Positions 34,916-62,359 of a DNA stretch of 64,000 nt are shown piece by piece (positions within the stretch are counted from its first letter, which is position 1; the number at the start of each line of letters is the position of its first letter). The notes under the pieces were generated by a model, which worked only from the letters and a program-made list of their open reading frames with translations, made no database searches and was not told the origin of the DNA. The stretch is from Paraspadella gotoi (lineage: Eukaryota; Animalia; Chaetognatha): NCBI GenBank assembly GCA_051294375.1, contig CM119264.1:30401870-30465869 (forward strand). The letters run 5' to 3'. Made by a program: the position numbers and the translations under genes.

Positions 34916-35848
34916 TTCGACCCGAAGGGAAAAAAAAGATTAAATTACGAAACTTATTTTTTTTTATTTTCATTTTTTTTCTTCGTACAGATGGAGTTAG
35001 AATTCTTAGCGAAGGAGAATTCAAAGAGAGAAAATGATGGTTGAATAGTGAATCGCTATCGTTTCTCTTTATCGCCCACTTCTCGATACTATGTTTCGCA
35101 CACAATCCCACACACGGTTGGACTATTGCTTCTCTCTCCCGTTTCCCCTCCCACATTCGCCCGAGTCTCACCCTTCTTTGCTTAAGCGCAAAAAAAAAAG
35201 AAGATATATATATATATATGTGGACTTCTTTTTTAGCTTAAAACTAGAAATTAATTAAATTTTTTTATTATTAGATTGATTGTTTATCTTCTCAGAATAT
35301 AATTTTTTTCACAATATCAAGAACTACGACTAAAAATTACCACTCTTCAGTCTTCAGTCTTCAGTCTTCAGTCTTCAGTCTTCAGTCTTCAGTGTTCACA
35401 CGGGCGCCAACAACTCGTTCACCAAAAGAGTCGGATCTGCTTCACTTCACACAAACGTCCCTTCTGCTCCGTCGTGATCCCAATTGTGTGAAACTCGAAC
35501 TTGGAAAAATCGCAATTTCGCATCGACTCCTATTTTTCGAAAGCACCCCATTTTTGTTCCTAATCCCTAAACTAAATTTTTATCTTAATATCTAGCCTTA
35601 AACTTTTTAAAAATACTCAACTTAATCCTTGACCATAATTCCTAATCATAACATAATCTTCAACCCTAATCTTTAATTCTAATCCCTAATCCTTAGGATT
35701 AATTAACTATTAACCCTAATTCCTAATTATTAACCCCGATCCTGAACCAAATCTTTTAATCTAAAAACGAATTTAACGAGTTCAAACTGAAATGAAGGGC
35801 TTTTGGAAAAGATGGCCGTTCGTTCTTTCTTTCTTTCTCTCTTTCTTA

Positions 35849-35927
<79 letters not shown>

Positions 35928-36725
35928 TTTTTCTCTCTTTCTCTCTTTCTTACTTTGTTTCTTTCTTTCCTTCTTTCTTTTATTTTCTCATCGTTAGTAG
36001 GAGAGTAAGGATGATGACGACGATAACGACGACCGACGACGACGACGACGACGACGACGACGATATTGTCAGAAAATGGCAAAGCTCCAAACTCACTGAG
36101 TCATGGTATCTTTTGCCATCATATATCTGTCCTATACTTGATATTTAAACGGACTATAAAAGTCAAATTTTATTTTATAATATAATAATAAACCATTATG
36201 ACATAGACATTATACAATGACACTGACTATGGGCAAAGACAGAGTCTGACGTGGAGTGGGCGAGATATTTATTTCTGCTGAACTTTTGACCGCCGGTGAT
36301 CTTTAATGGAACGATAAAAGAAGGAAGGGAGAAAAGGAAATTGGAAAAAAATTTGTTGGGGCTTTCTGAATTTGGTTAAAGGACGAGAAGATCGTTCTCG
36401 AAAATGTCAGATGGTGATGGCTGAAGGCCGGAGCCCTTGATTTCCCATTGCAGGTGAACCAATTTCGCGGAAAACTGATGCGATAAATAATACAGAATGG
36501 GGTGGAAGAGAGAGAGAGAGAAGTGGAGAGGAAGAGAGAGAGAGAGAGAGAGAGACGAGAGAGAGAGTAGAGAGAGAGAGAGATTGAGAGAGGCAATATT
36601 AGAAAACACAAAGAAAATAAAACGATACAAAATGAACACAAATAAAGAGTGAAAAAGAAAAAGGAAAGAAAAAGGGAAGGAATCGTCACAGAAATATAAA
36701 GATAACGAGACGGATTAAGAAAAGA

Positions 36726-36783
<58 letters not shown>

Positions 36784-37407
36784 CAGAGAGAGAAGAGAGA
36801 GAGAGGACACGGCGGAGCCTCGCTAATTGCGACTTCCGCCTCTAATGGCCGACGAAAAAAAACAATTCCTTCCCTTTTCCTTCCTTTTTTTTTCTAGTTT
36901 CTTTTTTCATCCCTTCTTTCTTTCCTCTTTTATTCTCTATCTTTCCTCCTTTTATTCCTCTCTGCCTCCTATCCTTCCTATCATTTCCTCCCTTTCTTTA
37001 CTTTCTTTTCCCTTTCCCATTCCCCCTCTCCCTTCCTTCTTTCCTTTCCCCTTCTTTCCTTTCTTCCATTTACTTTCCTTTCTTCCATTTCTCCTTTCCT
37101 TTCTTCTCTTCCTTTTCCTTTTCATTTCTCTTTTTCCATTCCTCTTTTTCCTATTCTCTCTTTTTCTTCACCCTTCTCTTCATCCTTTTCCTACTTCCCT
37201 ATCCTCTTTCTTTCCATCTATTCCTTTCCTCCCTTTATTTCCTCTTTTTCCCTTCCTCTCTTTTCTCTCTCTTCGTCTTCTTTTTCGATGTTTACTTTCA
37301 TTTTATCGCCTTTTTTTCGCTTCTGTTCGACTCGAACGCGTTATATCGTCTATCTCATCTCGAAGCCTCGTAATAATGAGCGCAAACATAAGCAAGAAAT
37401 ACTAATG

Positions 37408-37458
<51 letters not shown>

Positions 37459-37714
37459 CTTCTCTTCTCTCTCTCTCTCTCCTCTCTCTCTCGTCTCTCT
37501 CTCTCTCTCTCTCTCCTCTCTCTTCCTCATCCTTAGATTGCCCTTTGTGTCCCTTTTTTCTCTCTTCTTCTTCTACTGATTCTTCGAATTCTCCGCTGGA
37601 GGTCGCCTGCTTTTTTTCCTTCGACTCCCCGAGTGTTCTTTTGTATTTTTCTGCTGAAATTAATTGAAGACCAGAGAAAATCTCGCGCCNNNNNNNNNNN
37701 NNNNNNNNNNNNNN

Positions 37715-50537
<12,823 letters not shown>

Positions 50538-50570
50538 TATCTCTTCNNNNNNNNNNNNNNNNNNNNNNNN

Positions 50571-52800
50571 NAACTAGGGTGGGAGAGGAAAGACATGAGA
50601 ATCGGTCGATACGATGTTTCACCATCGCTTGAAGTTCGTCCTCCTTGTCGTCGTCGTCGTCGTCGTCGTCGTCGTNNNNNNNNNNNNNNNNNNNNNNNNN
50701 NNNNNNNNNNNNNNNNNNNNNNNNNNNNNNNNNNNNNNNNNNNNNNNNNNNNNNNNNNNNNNNNNNNNNNNNNNNNNNNNNNNNNNNNNNNNNNNNNNNN
50801 NNNNNNNNNNNNNNNNNNNNNNNNNNNNNNNNNNNNNNNNNNNNNNNNNNNNNNNNNNNNNNNNNNNNNNNNNNNNNNNNNNNNNNNNNNNNNNNNNNNN
50901 NNNNNNNNNNNNNNNNNNNNNNNNNNNNNNNNNNNNNNNNNCGTCGTCGTCGTCGTCGTTGTCTTCATCGTCGTAGTCGTCTTCATCGTCGTCCTCTTTG
51001 TCGTCGTTTCCGTCTTCGTCATTCTCGTACTCGTCGGGTGAGGCTGGGCGAGGGTGAGGGATCGCTGGTCGGTCGCTGGGGTCAGACGGGCATTAGGGCA
51101 GCGCCGCCGCCGCCGTCGCAGCCAGCGACTTCCGGTTGAGATGGAGTCGTCGCTATTTCGAGCTCTTTTTTGCATATTTAGCGGAGAGGAAGAGGAGGAG
51201 GAGGAATAGGAGGAGGAGGAGGAGGAAGAGGAAGAGGAGGAAGAGGAGGAGGAGGAGAATAAAAACGGGTGCATTTAAATTTGTACAAATTTGTTTAAGT
51301 ATTTCAAGTACACATATTTATTTACAAATTAAAGAAAATATCAGAGAATAAAGAATGACAAAAAAAAAAGTTCAAAAGTACTTAGATTAACATTATAAAA
51401 TCATTGAGATTTGAGAGTTTATACATATAAGTTGACAAACTATTTGCGGAGGCTTCTTCATGGCTTCGTATTGACAAACTTTGTCTTGACTGGGGTTAAG
51501 ACCTAGGGTGAGAAAAATTGACAGAAGTGAAGACATAGGGTGCAAAAAACTTGACAGGAATAAAAGACTTTGGGTGCAAAACTTGGCAGAAGTTAAGACT
51601 GAGGGTGACAGAAAAGGGGCATCCAGTGACCCTCTCAGTCAAACTAGAAAAAGAAAAGTCCAACTGTTGAAACTGAGGGACTTAAAATGGAAAGAATGGA
51701 GAAATGAGAAAAGAATTGAAATCCATCGAAAATGGAAAAAATGGAGAAATGAGAAAACAATTTAAATCCCTCGAAAATGGAAAAAAATGGGAAAAATGNN
51801 NNNNNNNNNNNNNNNNNNNNNNNNNNNNNNNNNNNNNNNNNNNNNNNNNNNNNNNNNNNNNNNNNNNNNNNNNNNNNNNNNNNNNNNNNNNNNNNNNNNN
51901 NNNNNNNNNNNNNNNNNNNNNNNNNNNNNNNNNNNNNNNNNNNNNNNNNNNNNNNNNNNNNNNNNNNNNNNNNNNNNNNNNNNNNNNNNNNNNNNNNNNN
52001 NNNNNNNNNNNNNNNNNNNNNNNNNNNNNATGGAGAAATGAGAAAATAATTTAAATCCCTCGAAAATGGGAAAAAATGGGAAAAATGGATAAATGAGAAA
52101 AGAATTTAAATCCCTCGAAAATGGAAAAAAATGGGAAAAATGGAGAAATGAGAAAAAAATTGAAATCCCTCAAAAATAAAAAAAAGGGGAAAAATGGAGA
52201 AATGAGAAAAGAATTTAAATCCATCGAAAATGTAAAAAAATGGGAAAAATGGGGAAATGAGAAAAGAATTGAAATCCCTTTAAAATGGAAAAAATGGAAA
52301 AATGAAAAAAAAGGAAAAATGGAAAAAATGGAGAAATGAGAAAAGAATTGAAATCCCTCAGAAATGGAAAAAATGGAAAAATGGAGAAATGAGAAGAATT
52401 TAAATCCATCGAAAAAAAATATGGGAATAAAAAAAAGAATAAAGAAAAAATATGGGAATAGAAAAAAGAGGTCATTTTAGAAAAAAAAATGGGATCTTGA
52501 ACCTGTAGGGTTCGCGACGACGACGACGACGACGACGACGGCGAGGAGAAATACTTGACTCGGGGTCATTTTGGCCTTTTTTGGTGTCGATAGCCGCGGC
52601 GGCAGCAGCGGCGGCAGCAGCGGCGGCAGCGGCGGCNNNNNNNNNNNNNNNNNNNNNNNNNNNNNNNNNNNNNNNNNNNNNNNNNNNNNNNNNNNNNNNN
52701 NNNNNNNNNNNNNNNNNNNNNNNNNNNNNNNNNNNNNNNNNNCGCCGCCGCCGCCGCCGCCAACTCTGTTATCGACTCGCACGGCAGAAGCTGATGCCAT
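50571..52800 (-). CDS. Possible exons of an unidentified low-complexity protein gene, interrupted by gaps
   Basis: GC-rich blocks 52504-52800 (caag|ATGGCATCA...cctacag|gttcaa) and ~50571-51165 (after a polypyrimidine tract) resemble the coding style of the ANKAR exons (poly-A, poly-R, poly-T/D runs). No domain recognised. Confidence 0.3.
51685..52430. repeat. ~45-55-bp minisatellite (AAATGGAAAAAATGGAGAAATGAGAAAAGAATTGAAATCCCTCG-like)
   Basis: Tandem copies on both sides of an N gap. Confidence 0.9.
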
Positions 52801-53825
52801 CTTGTGGCAGGTTTTAAATCGATGGCAAAAGTGGCAAAAAAAAAGGAATCGATTGGTTTTCGGTTTTGAAGAAAAAAGAGGAAAAGCTTTTTTGAAGTGA
52901 GAAAATTATAAATGTACTAAAAATGTACTTAAAGCAAGAGNNNNNNNNNNNNNNNNNNNNNNNNNNNNNNNNNNNNNNNNNNNNNNNNNNNNNNNNNNNN
53001 NNNNNNNNNNNNNNNNNNNNNNNNNNNNNNNNNNNNNNNNNNNNNNNNNNNNNNNNNNNNNNNNNNNNNNNNNNNNNNNNNNNNNNNNNNNNNNNNNNNN
53101 NNNNNNNNNNNNNNNNNNNNNNNNNNAGAGAGAGAGAGAGAGAGAGAGAGATTAACTATTCTCGGATTGACGGCTTTACAGTTCGTCTCGGCCGATCTTT
53201 CTAGAAGTTAGGAACGACGATCATGATTCACCCAAAGTCTTTCAACGATGAAAAACAAATTTAAATTCGTTTAACTTTCCTTACGTAAGTCAGTTTCTTG
53301 TACTTCCAATAAAAAAAAAACAATAAAAAAAAATAATATAATTTAAAAAAAGAGAAGTTGAAATTCGTCACGTGACTTCCGAGGATCACTCGACGATCAC
53401 AATGACTTCTTTTTGTGATCAGCGATCAGCGTCGAGAAACTTCGAAGACAACCGGACCCAACCCCTCCTCCTCCTCCTCCTCCTCCTCCTCCTCCTCCTC
53501 TCACTGCCCCCTCTTCGATTATTGGCCGGGATCGAGTCGGTGAAACCTCAAAGGTCATTGAGGTCAAAGTCTGACAAATTCCTGACAAATACGAATATCA
53601 ATTTGGTTTCNNNNNNNNNNNNNNNNNNNNNNNNNNNNNNNNNNNNNNNNNNNNNNNNNNNNNNNNNNNNNNNNNNNNNNNNNNNNNNNNNNNNNNNNNN
53701 NNNNNNNNNNNNNNNNNNNNNNNNNNNNNNNNNNNNNNNNNNNNNNNNNNNNNNNNNNNNNNNNNNNNNNNNNNNNNNNNNNNNNNNNNNNNNNNNNNNN
53801 NNNNNNNNNNNNNNNNNNNNNNNNN

Positions 53826-54122
53826 TTTTGAAGGGCGGAGATGCTTGGCGCCCTTTTCTAGGCCGGGGTTGCTTGGCGCTCTTTTTAGCTTATTTGCTTG
53901 ACGCCCTTTTTTGGTTGGGTCGCTTGGCACCCTTTTCTTGGCGGGGTCGCTTGGCTCTATTTTTAGCTAATTTGCATGGCGCCTTTTTTGGGTGGCGATG
54001 CTTGGCGCACTTTTTGGTAACTTTGCTAGGCGCCCTTTTCTAGGCGGGGTTGCTTGACACCTCTTTAAAGGCGAGGTCGCTTGGCGCTTTTTTAGCTACT
54101 TTGCTTGGCACCTTTTTTTGGG
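53826..54122. repeat. ~20-25-bp minisatellite (TTGCTTGGCGCCCTTTTT core)
   Basis: About a dozen tandem imperfect copies. Confidence 0.85.
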
Positions 54123-54714
54123 CTTCTTTAATTGGCTTCTTTATGTCTTCCTTTCGAATTCCAACTGCATAGGGCGAAAGAAGCGTGATAAGAGTATTAA
54201 ACTATTATTACTATCGAAGATTATAAATAATTGCCAATCTTTAAACGAACTACACAAACAAGAGGATTCCATTTTCAACGAAGAAGCGGGAAAAGGAAAA
54301 GGAAAGTTCAAAATTCCGAGACTCGAAATCGTTTTTTCTCTTTTTTTTTTTTCAAATCGACTCCGACTTTGGTACAGATGACACGAGAATAAATCTACGG
54401 CGACGAACGACAGAGATGACGGACGATGAAGACGACGACCGCGAGGACGACGATGATAAGACGATGACAAAGACGATGACGACGACAAAGACGACAATGC
54501 CAAAGACGACAACGACGACGACAAGACGACCGACGACAACTCCATTCCAAATTTTGGTCTAATCGCCCGAAAAGAAAAAAGTCAATCAAAGGATCTCAGT
54601 CATCTCCCTCCTTCTCCTCCGCCCCCCGCGCCCCCTCGCCCCATCCCATTCACCTTCTTTTCCTTCGCTTGAGTAAACGACCCCCGCATAACTCACGACG
54701 CCAACCGCGCCGGG

Positions 54715-55060
54715 GAATGACGCCGAGAATGGCGCCGAGGAGAAATGACGCGGAGAGATGACGCCCGGAAGTGACGCCGAATAAATGCGCCGAGAAATGA
54801 TGCAAGAAAACTGAGTGCGCCAGAGAAAAGACGCCGACTAGAGCCGAGAAATAACAGGAAATTGACGCCGTAAAGACATGACGCCGACAAAGTGACGCCG
54901 AGGAGAAATACGCTGAAATGACGCCGAAGAAGAAATGACGCTGAGAGAAGACGCCCGAGAAATGACGAGAAGAAATAACGCCGATATTATGACGCGAGAG
55001 ATGAGCCGGAAAAATGACGCTTAGAGGTGACGCCGAGAAAGAAATAACGCCGAGAGAGAA
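54715..55060. repeat. Minisatellite with AAATGACGCCGAG core
   Basis: About 20 imperfect tandem copies. Confidence 0.85.
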
Positions 55061-55269
55061 TTTTCCGAGGGACTCTGCCGGAGAAAATACTGTTCGAGAA
55101 ACGTAATTGACGACGTACGTTCGTCGGAAATAAGTGTTTTACGACATTTTCCCCTCGTTTATTATATCATAGTTACGCCTGTACTTATTATCATATTTAA
55201 CGTATAACGCTTGACCGGGCTCATCTACATTGTGGTATCTGATTTATTATTATGAGCTTTAATTTAGAG

Positions 55270-58200
55270 AATGGGATCATGATTATAACCGTAACGCTCC
55301 CTAAGCTCTCTACGCCTGGTACGTTTATTCATGGAACTCCATGATGTAGGTGCTCGTTCTGCGTCTCGCCTGCAAAAGCCAGACTTGACTGGCAGTGGTA
55401 ATTATTTATTAATTAACTTTTATACGTCGTGAATGCATGCATCCTTATAGGACGATATCTGGTGGCTGCGGACGACGAATGCGCGTCTTCTTCCCAGTTT
55501 GGAATGTTCGCATGTATGGCGTTCATTTCTCTCCTGCCCCATTTTTGGTGAGGTGAAGGGAAATTGATATGTGAAAGTCGTTTAACTCGATCTCGGCATG
55601 GTTATGGAGTTTTAATGTTATTATGGAATCTCTTATTTGCTATTGCTTGCGAACTTCAAAATAGTTGATAATCGTCCGCTATATGTTCTGATATGAGTTT
55701 CCATAACATTTGACTAAAAATTAAAATTCACTTTACTATTGTTTCTTCTTAAGCCTTCCGCCTAAAAAAGACCCAATTTTCGAATTTCTTTTTCCCCTAC
55801 ACTTAAAAAAACTGTCGCGAGCTGGGGGATAATTCTCCGTTCTCTGCCAAGTCTTTAGAAGCCCCGAACGTCTCAAAATGACAATAAATACTAGAGCGAG
55901 AGAGAGAGAGAGAGAGGAGGGGAGTCGAGAAGAGCAGAATGATCAAGACTGAGCGCATGAGAGAGAGGAGATAGTGACAGAGAGATTGAGATCGAGACGT
56001 GAAAGATGAGAGAGAGAGAAGATGAGAGAGAAGTCCCTAAGGATGATGATTTGGAAAAAAGAGGTTACGCGGAAAGGCCGACCAAAAATGACAATAAAAA
56101 TGAGCGGAAAGTGAAACTGCTGGGGGAAAGAGAGATGAGAAGAGAGAGCGAGGAGAGAGAGAGATGAGTGAGAGAGGGAGAGAGATGGCAAATATAAAAT
56201 TCTCGACATTACCATTTTCCCCTTTCTCTCTCTGAGGTTGACGAATTGCCGTCTGTCATTTTGTGTTCTTTCCCCGATATCTTGTAGATGGAAGTCGGGA
56301 CTCAGTTTTGGCGCCCGACGAAATAGTTGCCTCGAAAATCGCGAATATTCTAAAACTTTTTATTTGATACTCTATGCGGAATGCGAAATTATATATAATT
56401 CCGATTTTTTTAAAACTGCATCAAATCGCCAATCATCTAACGGGGAAAAATAAACGATCTTTCCCGCCAAACTCGTCCTCTTTACCCTCAAAGGTCTCAA
56501 AAATCTGGCCAATTTCGCATGGTCTCTTTTTTTCTTCTTCTTTTTTCCTTTTTTTTCTTATTTTTTCTTTCCTTTCTTTTGAGACCAGGGAAAGGTGCGC
56601 ATCATATCCTGGAGGAAGTTTACTCCCGTTTGCCAATAATCCCCTCGACGTTCTCTCTCCTCTCTCTCTCATCTCTCTCTCTCTCTCTCTCTTCTTCTCT
56701 CTCTCTTTTCTTTCTCTCTCATCCTCTCTCTCTCTCTCATCTCTCTCCATCCTCTCTCCTCTCTTCTCTCCCTCCCATCTCTTCTCTCTCTCTCTTAATG
56801 TTTTTCCTTATCAAATTTATCGAGTTTTTCTGAGCGCCTAAATTAAGTATCATTTTTTTATTCTTAGCGAAAAAACTTCATTATGTCAATAATATAATTT
56901 AAAATCCAAAAATGATGTTTGTTTCCTTCACTCATCATAACCTTTCCGGCTATCACCACGGCATCCCTCGCCCCTAACTTACCTCAAACCCACCCGTTTC
57001 CCGTTCCTCACCTCCTAGGATCGGCACCCCTGCGAGGTCTTACCAGTTCGGATTCGCCTTTTGTTTCTTTTCATTCTTCGGGAATCCTCTTCGCCCTGGT
57101 TTCGTCCTTCTCACGTGGGCCTTCCGGTCTTTTACGAATTTTGCGTCTCTCACTCAGCGGCCTACGAATATTTGGAGAAGAGGTTCCGCTCCAAGTGGCC
57201 GAGGAAGACTCGGCGCCGCGATTGTTTATAACTGGAGGTGTTTTATTTTAGAAAGATATAATCATTATGTATAGGAGAAACTTTCGATTTCAGTGTTGTG
57301 TTTCAGGGGGATTTAGGGAAAAAAAAAAAAAAACCATTTGAAATGTGGCAACGAATTCTTAATGACATTAAATGTCCATTAAAATTCGTGCCACATTTCA
57401 AAAACAAAAACGTCCTTTCCTAGAATAATCATATAATATTTTTGTGTATTTTATTTAAAACTAACAAGTTTTGATTTATTTTCACTCTTTTTTCTTTTTC
57501 TTTTTTTTTTTTTTTTTTTTTCCAAAGACGCTCCTCTTACATGGGGGCGCCATGTTCGCGCCGCGGTGGCGCTGGATTGGGCGTCACTTCTATTCAAACT
57601 TCTTACTCACTCGTTCCATGTGATTCTGGGAATTGTCATCCTGTAACTTTTACACCACGGTCCATAGGTACAAAGTTGACGAGGGGGTACGTTGCGAATC
57701 AATAAGACTGATTAAAGCAGATTGAAGATGAAATATTGGTTTATTTTCCGTCATAGAAATAATAATAAAAGGAATAATTAGAGAATTTAAACCCGAAACG
57801 ATGTCGCATTTCAAATGTTGGGGTCTTTGTTTTTTGTATTTTTTATATTCTTCTTCTTAAGCTGGGCGTGGGATAAAAAAGCGGTCAATTTTGTGGTACG
57901 GACGTGCTCCAAAATGCCTCATTCCATGTTCGTCGGCCTTGTGGGTGCTGCTCCTCAATAAGGGGTATATTACTTCAGTGAACGAAAGGAAGGATTTAAA
58001 ATTATTCTTTTTCCCTCCGAAAGAATTTGGGAAAATCGCAGAGTAATTACGTATAATTAAATAAACATGAAGAGAAAGGAAAGGAAACAAGATAAAAAGG
58101 AAGAGAAGAAAAAAAAGAATATATAAAAAGAAGAGAAAAGAGAAATTTGGTAAGAAAGAAAGGAAGAAATATGAAAGGGTGAAATCTTTTGAATAGAAGA

Positions 58201-61200
58201 ATATGAAAAAAGAGAAAAAAGGAAAATTTTTGTTGAAAAATGAAAAGAAAAAAAAAGAAAAAAAGAAAAAAAAAAAAAAAAAATTTTTGAAAAGAAAAAA
58301 AATGGTTTTGAAAGAATTGAAAGAAAGAAAGGAGGAAAGAAGAAAGAAAGGGAAAGAAGAAGGGAAAAAGAGAAAAAATGAAAAGAAAAGGGAAAGGTGG
58401 AGAAAGGAAAAAGGGGGAGAATAGAAAAATGGGGGGAGGAAAAGGGGAAAGGAAGGAAAGAAAGGAAGAAGAAGAAAGAGGGAAAAAGAAAGGGAAAAGA
58501 AGAAAGGAGATAAGAAAGAAAGAAAAAAAGAAAGAAGAAGAAACAGAGAGAGAAAGAAAGAAATGAAGAGGAGAAAACAGATAGATTTAAGAAAGAAAAA
58601 AGAAAGAAAGAAAGAAAGATAAAGAAGGAAAGGAAAGGAAGAAAGGAAAAGAATAAGAAAGAAAGAAAGAAAAAAAATAAGTAACTAACCCAACAACCAA
58701 TCGCCTTGAACCTACTATAGGTGAAGGATCTTCGCCTGACCATTCGTCCTAACCTTGGTCGTACACATTACGGACTCGAGCACAGCATCTTTTCCCTCGT
58801 TTCTTGGGTTCCTTCTTCGTCTGGATGGCCAGTAACGGCTTCAACCAGAGCAGCGTGCAGCAGATTCTCCAGCTTTACCTTCAATGGAACAAGGCCATTC
58901 TCACTATGTATCTCAACGCGACCGGGAAAGGTTTTTTTTTATATTTTGTTCTATGGTTGGAATGTTAACTTTTTTAATAATGTTTGTTTCGTCGGTTTCG
59001 CGACACAAAAAACCAAAAGAACAAAAAGGAACAGGGATAGTAATAAAAAGTTTAAATTTGATTAATATGTTTTGCTATTCAACAAACTATGGAATTATCG
59101 TCTTTATAAATTTAAACATGAGCGTAATTCATTGCATTAATTCACGATTTTTGCCCAACTTTTTAATTATTTGGTTCAGACAACATTTTCTTTTTTCAAA
59201 GGCGTGGCCTTGAATGCACGTGTTGGCCTGCATTGCGGCTATCATCCTTCTACGCTCGTTTTTCACGCGTGCGACCTTTCGATCTGCAAACGTATCTCCT
59301 CCGACAACCAGATGATCCTCTTACTTCGTCGTCAAGTATCTCGGTTCGGACTCTCCGGGGTATGGCCGGCCTCTTCACGGCCGGCATTCGTTTTTCGCCG
59401 GCGCGCTCAGCCACAATTTCGTCAGTTAATTTGAATGTTTTACTGATATTATTCTTTGTTTGTTTGATTATTTGATTGATTGATTGATTGATTTGATGAT
59501 TTGATTGATGATTGATGATTAGTTTATTGAAATTGATATAAGATTTCATTTATTTAATTGAGGGATGTGATACTTGTTGGTTCGAAAAATGGATTGGCTT
59601 TATTTTTTTGATTGATTATATTATTTATATGATTGATATTACTGATTGACGACTTTCTCTATCTACCTTTCCATTATACAAACTGGCCCGTAACATCGTT
59701 CTTAAACTCCTTGACGCCATCGTGCTCGGAAGACTGTGTGGGCGAGCGACATTTCAGCGCGCCACTCTCAGCGGCGCAATTCGCATCATGATCGCTGACT
59801 ATTCCGGCGTTTCTTCGGCGCCGCCTCCACCGGCATGGCGTTTGTTGCAAAAACCTCAAAGGAAACATCACCGCGATTATATTCAGTTCTTTTCGATCAC
59901 AACGCTAGGGGGAGATGAGTCATAGTCATAGTGAGTCATTAGTGAGTCATAGTCATAGTGAGTCATTAGTCATAGTTGAGTCATAGTGTCTACAATAGAG
60001 AAAACCTCGGGTATCGAAACTTTTCCAAAAATCGCCTTCAGCACCCATATGCATCTTATTGATTTATATTATGATATCTGATATCTATGATATATCTATT
60101 GATATAATTGATCTTTCCATCGGTCATAGTGTGTCGAATTTTATTAACTCAGTAATTAACACTTTTTTCGGCGGGATAAGAATTCTTCATTTCATGAATA
60201 TTTTCTTTGGCAGCTACCCTTTTTATAAAGTTACTTTTAAACCGCATATTTTCATTGTCACCAATGGCGACCTGCTACAAAACATGGATATCCCTTTAGA
60301 ACTTTTTCCGGCTTTTTTAAAAATTAATTCACGACATGACACTGACCCTCTTGAATAATGAATTATCAGAAAGGGAAGTTCAAAGGCAGAAAAACCAGAA
60401 CTTCAGAGGAACTTAAGGATATAATCAGAAAGAAAACTTGAAAGAGATCTTAACTTTGTCTTGCGCCCGCGAGGCAATCACCCTTGATTTTTTGCAATAT
60501 GGATGAGTGGTATTCCATGCTTGTGATTGTTTTGCAACGTGAAGGGAGAGAAATTGTATTATCGAATGGTCAAATGAGCTAATATAAAATTCTTTTAAGG
60601 TTCAGGGTACCCGTTGGATTCTCCTTGAACATCGTTATCCTTCCTAATTTATTTAGTTGATTTATCAAGATTATATTTCAAGTTTTACTTACGTTCATTG
60701 ACAATATGTTGTGTTCATTACAAAAGGTCCCACCGGCGCTGGATATTTCCTGCTTGTCGCGACCATTTTGTTTCCTTGCGCTCTTCTCGTTACTGGTATT
60801 TGGCTTCACTCGTCGCCGCGGACGGCATCACCGGCTTTTCTCTTAGCCACCGGGTTAAACTTTAAAGGCATCTGAGCAGAGATTCAGCTTTTGGGTACGA
60901 AATCAAAATTGCCGCGCCCTCTTTCATTTCAGCGTGGATGTTTCTCGGACAAAGCATCACTCGTCCTTGAGTTGGGCGTCGGCCTCTGCGGGTGTAATAT
61001 TGTCCATTTCCGCGGTTTGCGATGATCTCCGAACATCACAAATTGCGACGACGTACGAATCCGGTGACGAAGTGGTTTCCGAATACTAACAAATAACCCT
61101 TAAAACGTGATTGCTTAGGCTTAGTGCTATGCTTGCTCTCATATAATCCAAAATATAATCAAAAAGATGCACAAATATAAAAAACCCATAACTCAAATCT

Positions 61201-61470
61201 GAAATAAAAATAATGAGAAAATTTAAAAAAAAATATTAAATAAATCTTTCCCTCCTCCTTCCCCCCTAATCTCCCCACGACTCCCTTCTACTCGTCTCTT
61301 CCACACCACCCAAATCTGCCTCCGACAAATACTTCGATCGCCATTATTCTTGTCAGCCAACATCGTTCGATGCACACGGAGAAAACGCGGCGAGCGAGAA
61401 GGCCGAGAACAAAGGAGGACGTCAACGGGGGCTTAACGAACGACGCGGCTTTACGCGAACGAAGCTTTCA
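55270..61470 (+). CDS. SLC5 sodium:solute symporter (SLC5A5/6/8/12-like), multi-exon, heavily frameshifted by sequence noise
   Basis: Ordered exon blocks give family motifs after indel correction: ~55451-55548 (YLVAGRRM..PVGMS), ~57020-57237 (AYEYLEKRF), ~57527-57660 (TLLYMG..FAPA..TFYTT), ~57862-57965 (LGGIKAVLWTDVLQ), 58721-58930 (FVWMASNGFNQSSVQ), 59202-59420 (ACDP..ISSDNQMI..PGMAGLFTAG..GALST), ~59690-59908 (LNSL..IVLED) and ~60727-61075 (GP..ILFP, WMFLGQ). First and last exons are approximate. Confidence 0.8.
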
Positions 61471-62359
61471 GAGACCTAAGTCTTAAATTAGTGTGTAATA
61501 AAAATATCGAACGAGCCACCTCGCGCGTGCGGAAAACCGCTGAAGGATGTATAAACCATAAATACCAGCATCGTCAAGCGGACGCTCCTACGTTGGACGG
61601 CAAGCCCCTATTGGTGGGAGATAGACGGTATATAATCTTCGCGAACTTAAAAATGCCCATATAACATATCCCAAAGTCTTATTGGTCGACAAACTTACTC
61701 TCAGGGGCGGCGTTCGAGTTCGGGCGAAAAAGAATCGATCCCTTACTCATCAGTAGTTAGATCAAATTTGTAAACCTTTTTATTATTTAAGAAATAATCT
61801 TGCTATTCGAGTATCTATAAATATGGTAGTATATTCCTCGGCATTAAGCCAAAATATGGTGACCTAATTACAATATAATATAGTGAGGTAAAATTATCAC
61901 TTAAATTCAGTATTTTTTTCTCTTGCATCCTATCGTAAGATAGGCTTTATATCACTCTATACATCTCTCTATCACGCAGGAAGTCGAAATTGTTGAGACG
62001 ACAAAATATTTGATTTGTTCTCATTAATTGAATACGAATTATATTTTTTTCTCGCTTAAAATTCACTTGTGTCTTTCCCTGAATATGTGCTGCTAAATTG
62101 TACATAAATTACAAGTCTCTCGTAATATGTTATATATATATTATCATTTATGTCATTCTAATACATTTTCTCCATAGGGAAAACAAATCTCTTCATTTNN
62201 NNNNNNNNNNNNNNNNNNNNNNNCTAATTATTAATTAGTTATTTTACTTTCCTGATTTATTGAAATTTCGTTTTTTTTTATTAACACAAATAAATAGAAA
62301 AACAGCAACGGTATCAATAAAAACAATATTTTTTTTAAAGATATAAACTAAGAATTCTT

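Noticed and set aside
51685-55060. CRISPR-like arrays
   Set aside because: Tandem minisatellites without unique spacers, in a eukaryotic context with no cas genes.
55270-61470. SLC5 pseudogene
   Set aside because: Dense insertion-type errors affect every exon evenly while motifs and exon order persist, which fits raw read noise better than decay; not provable here.
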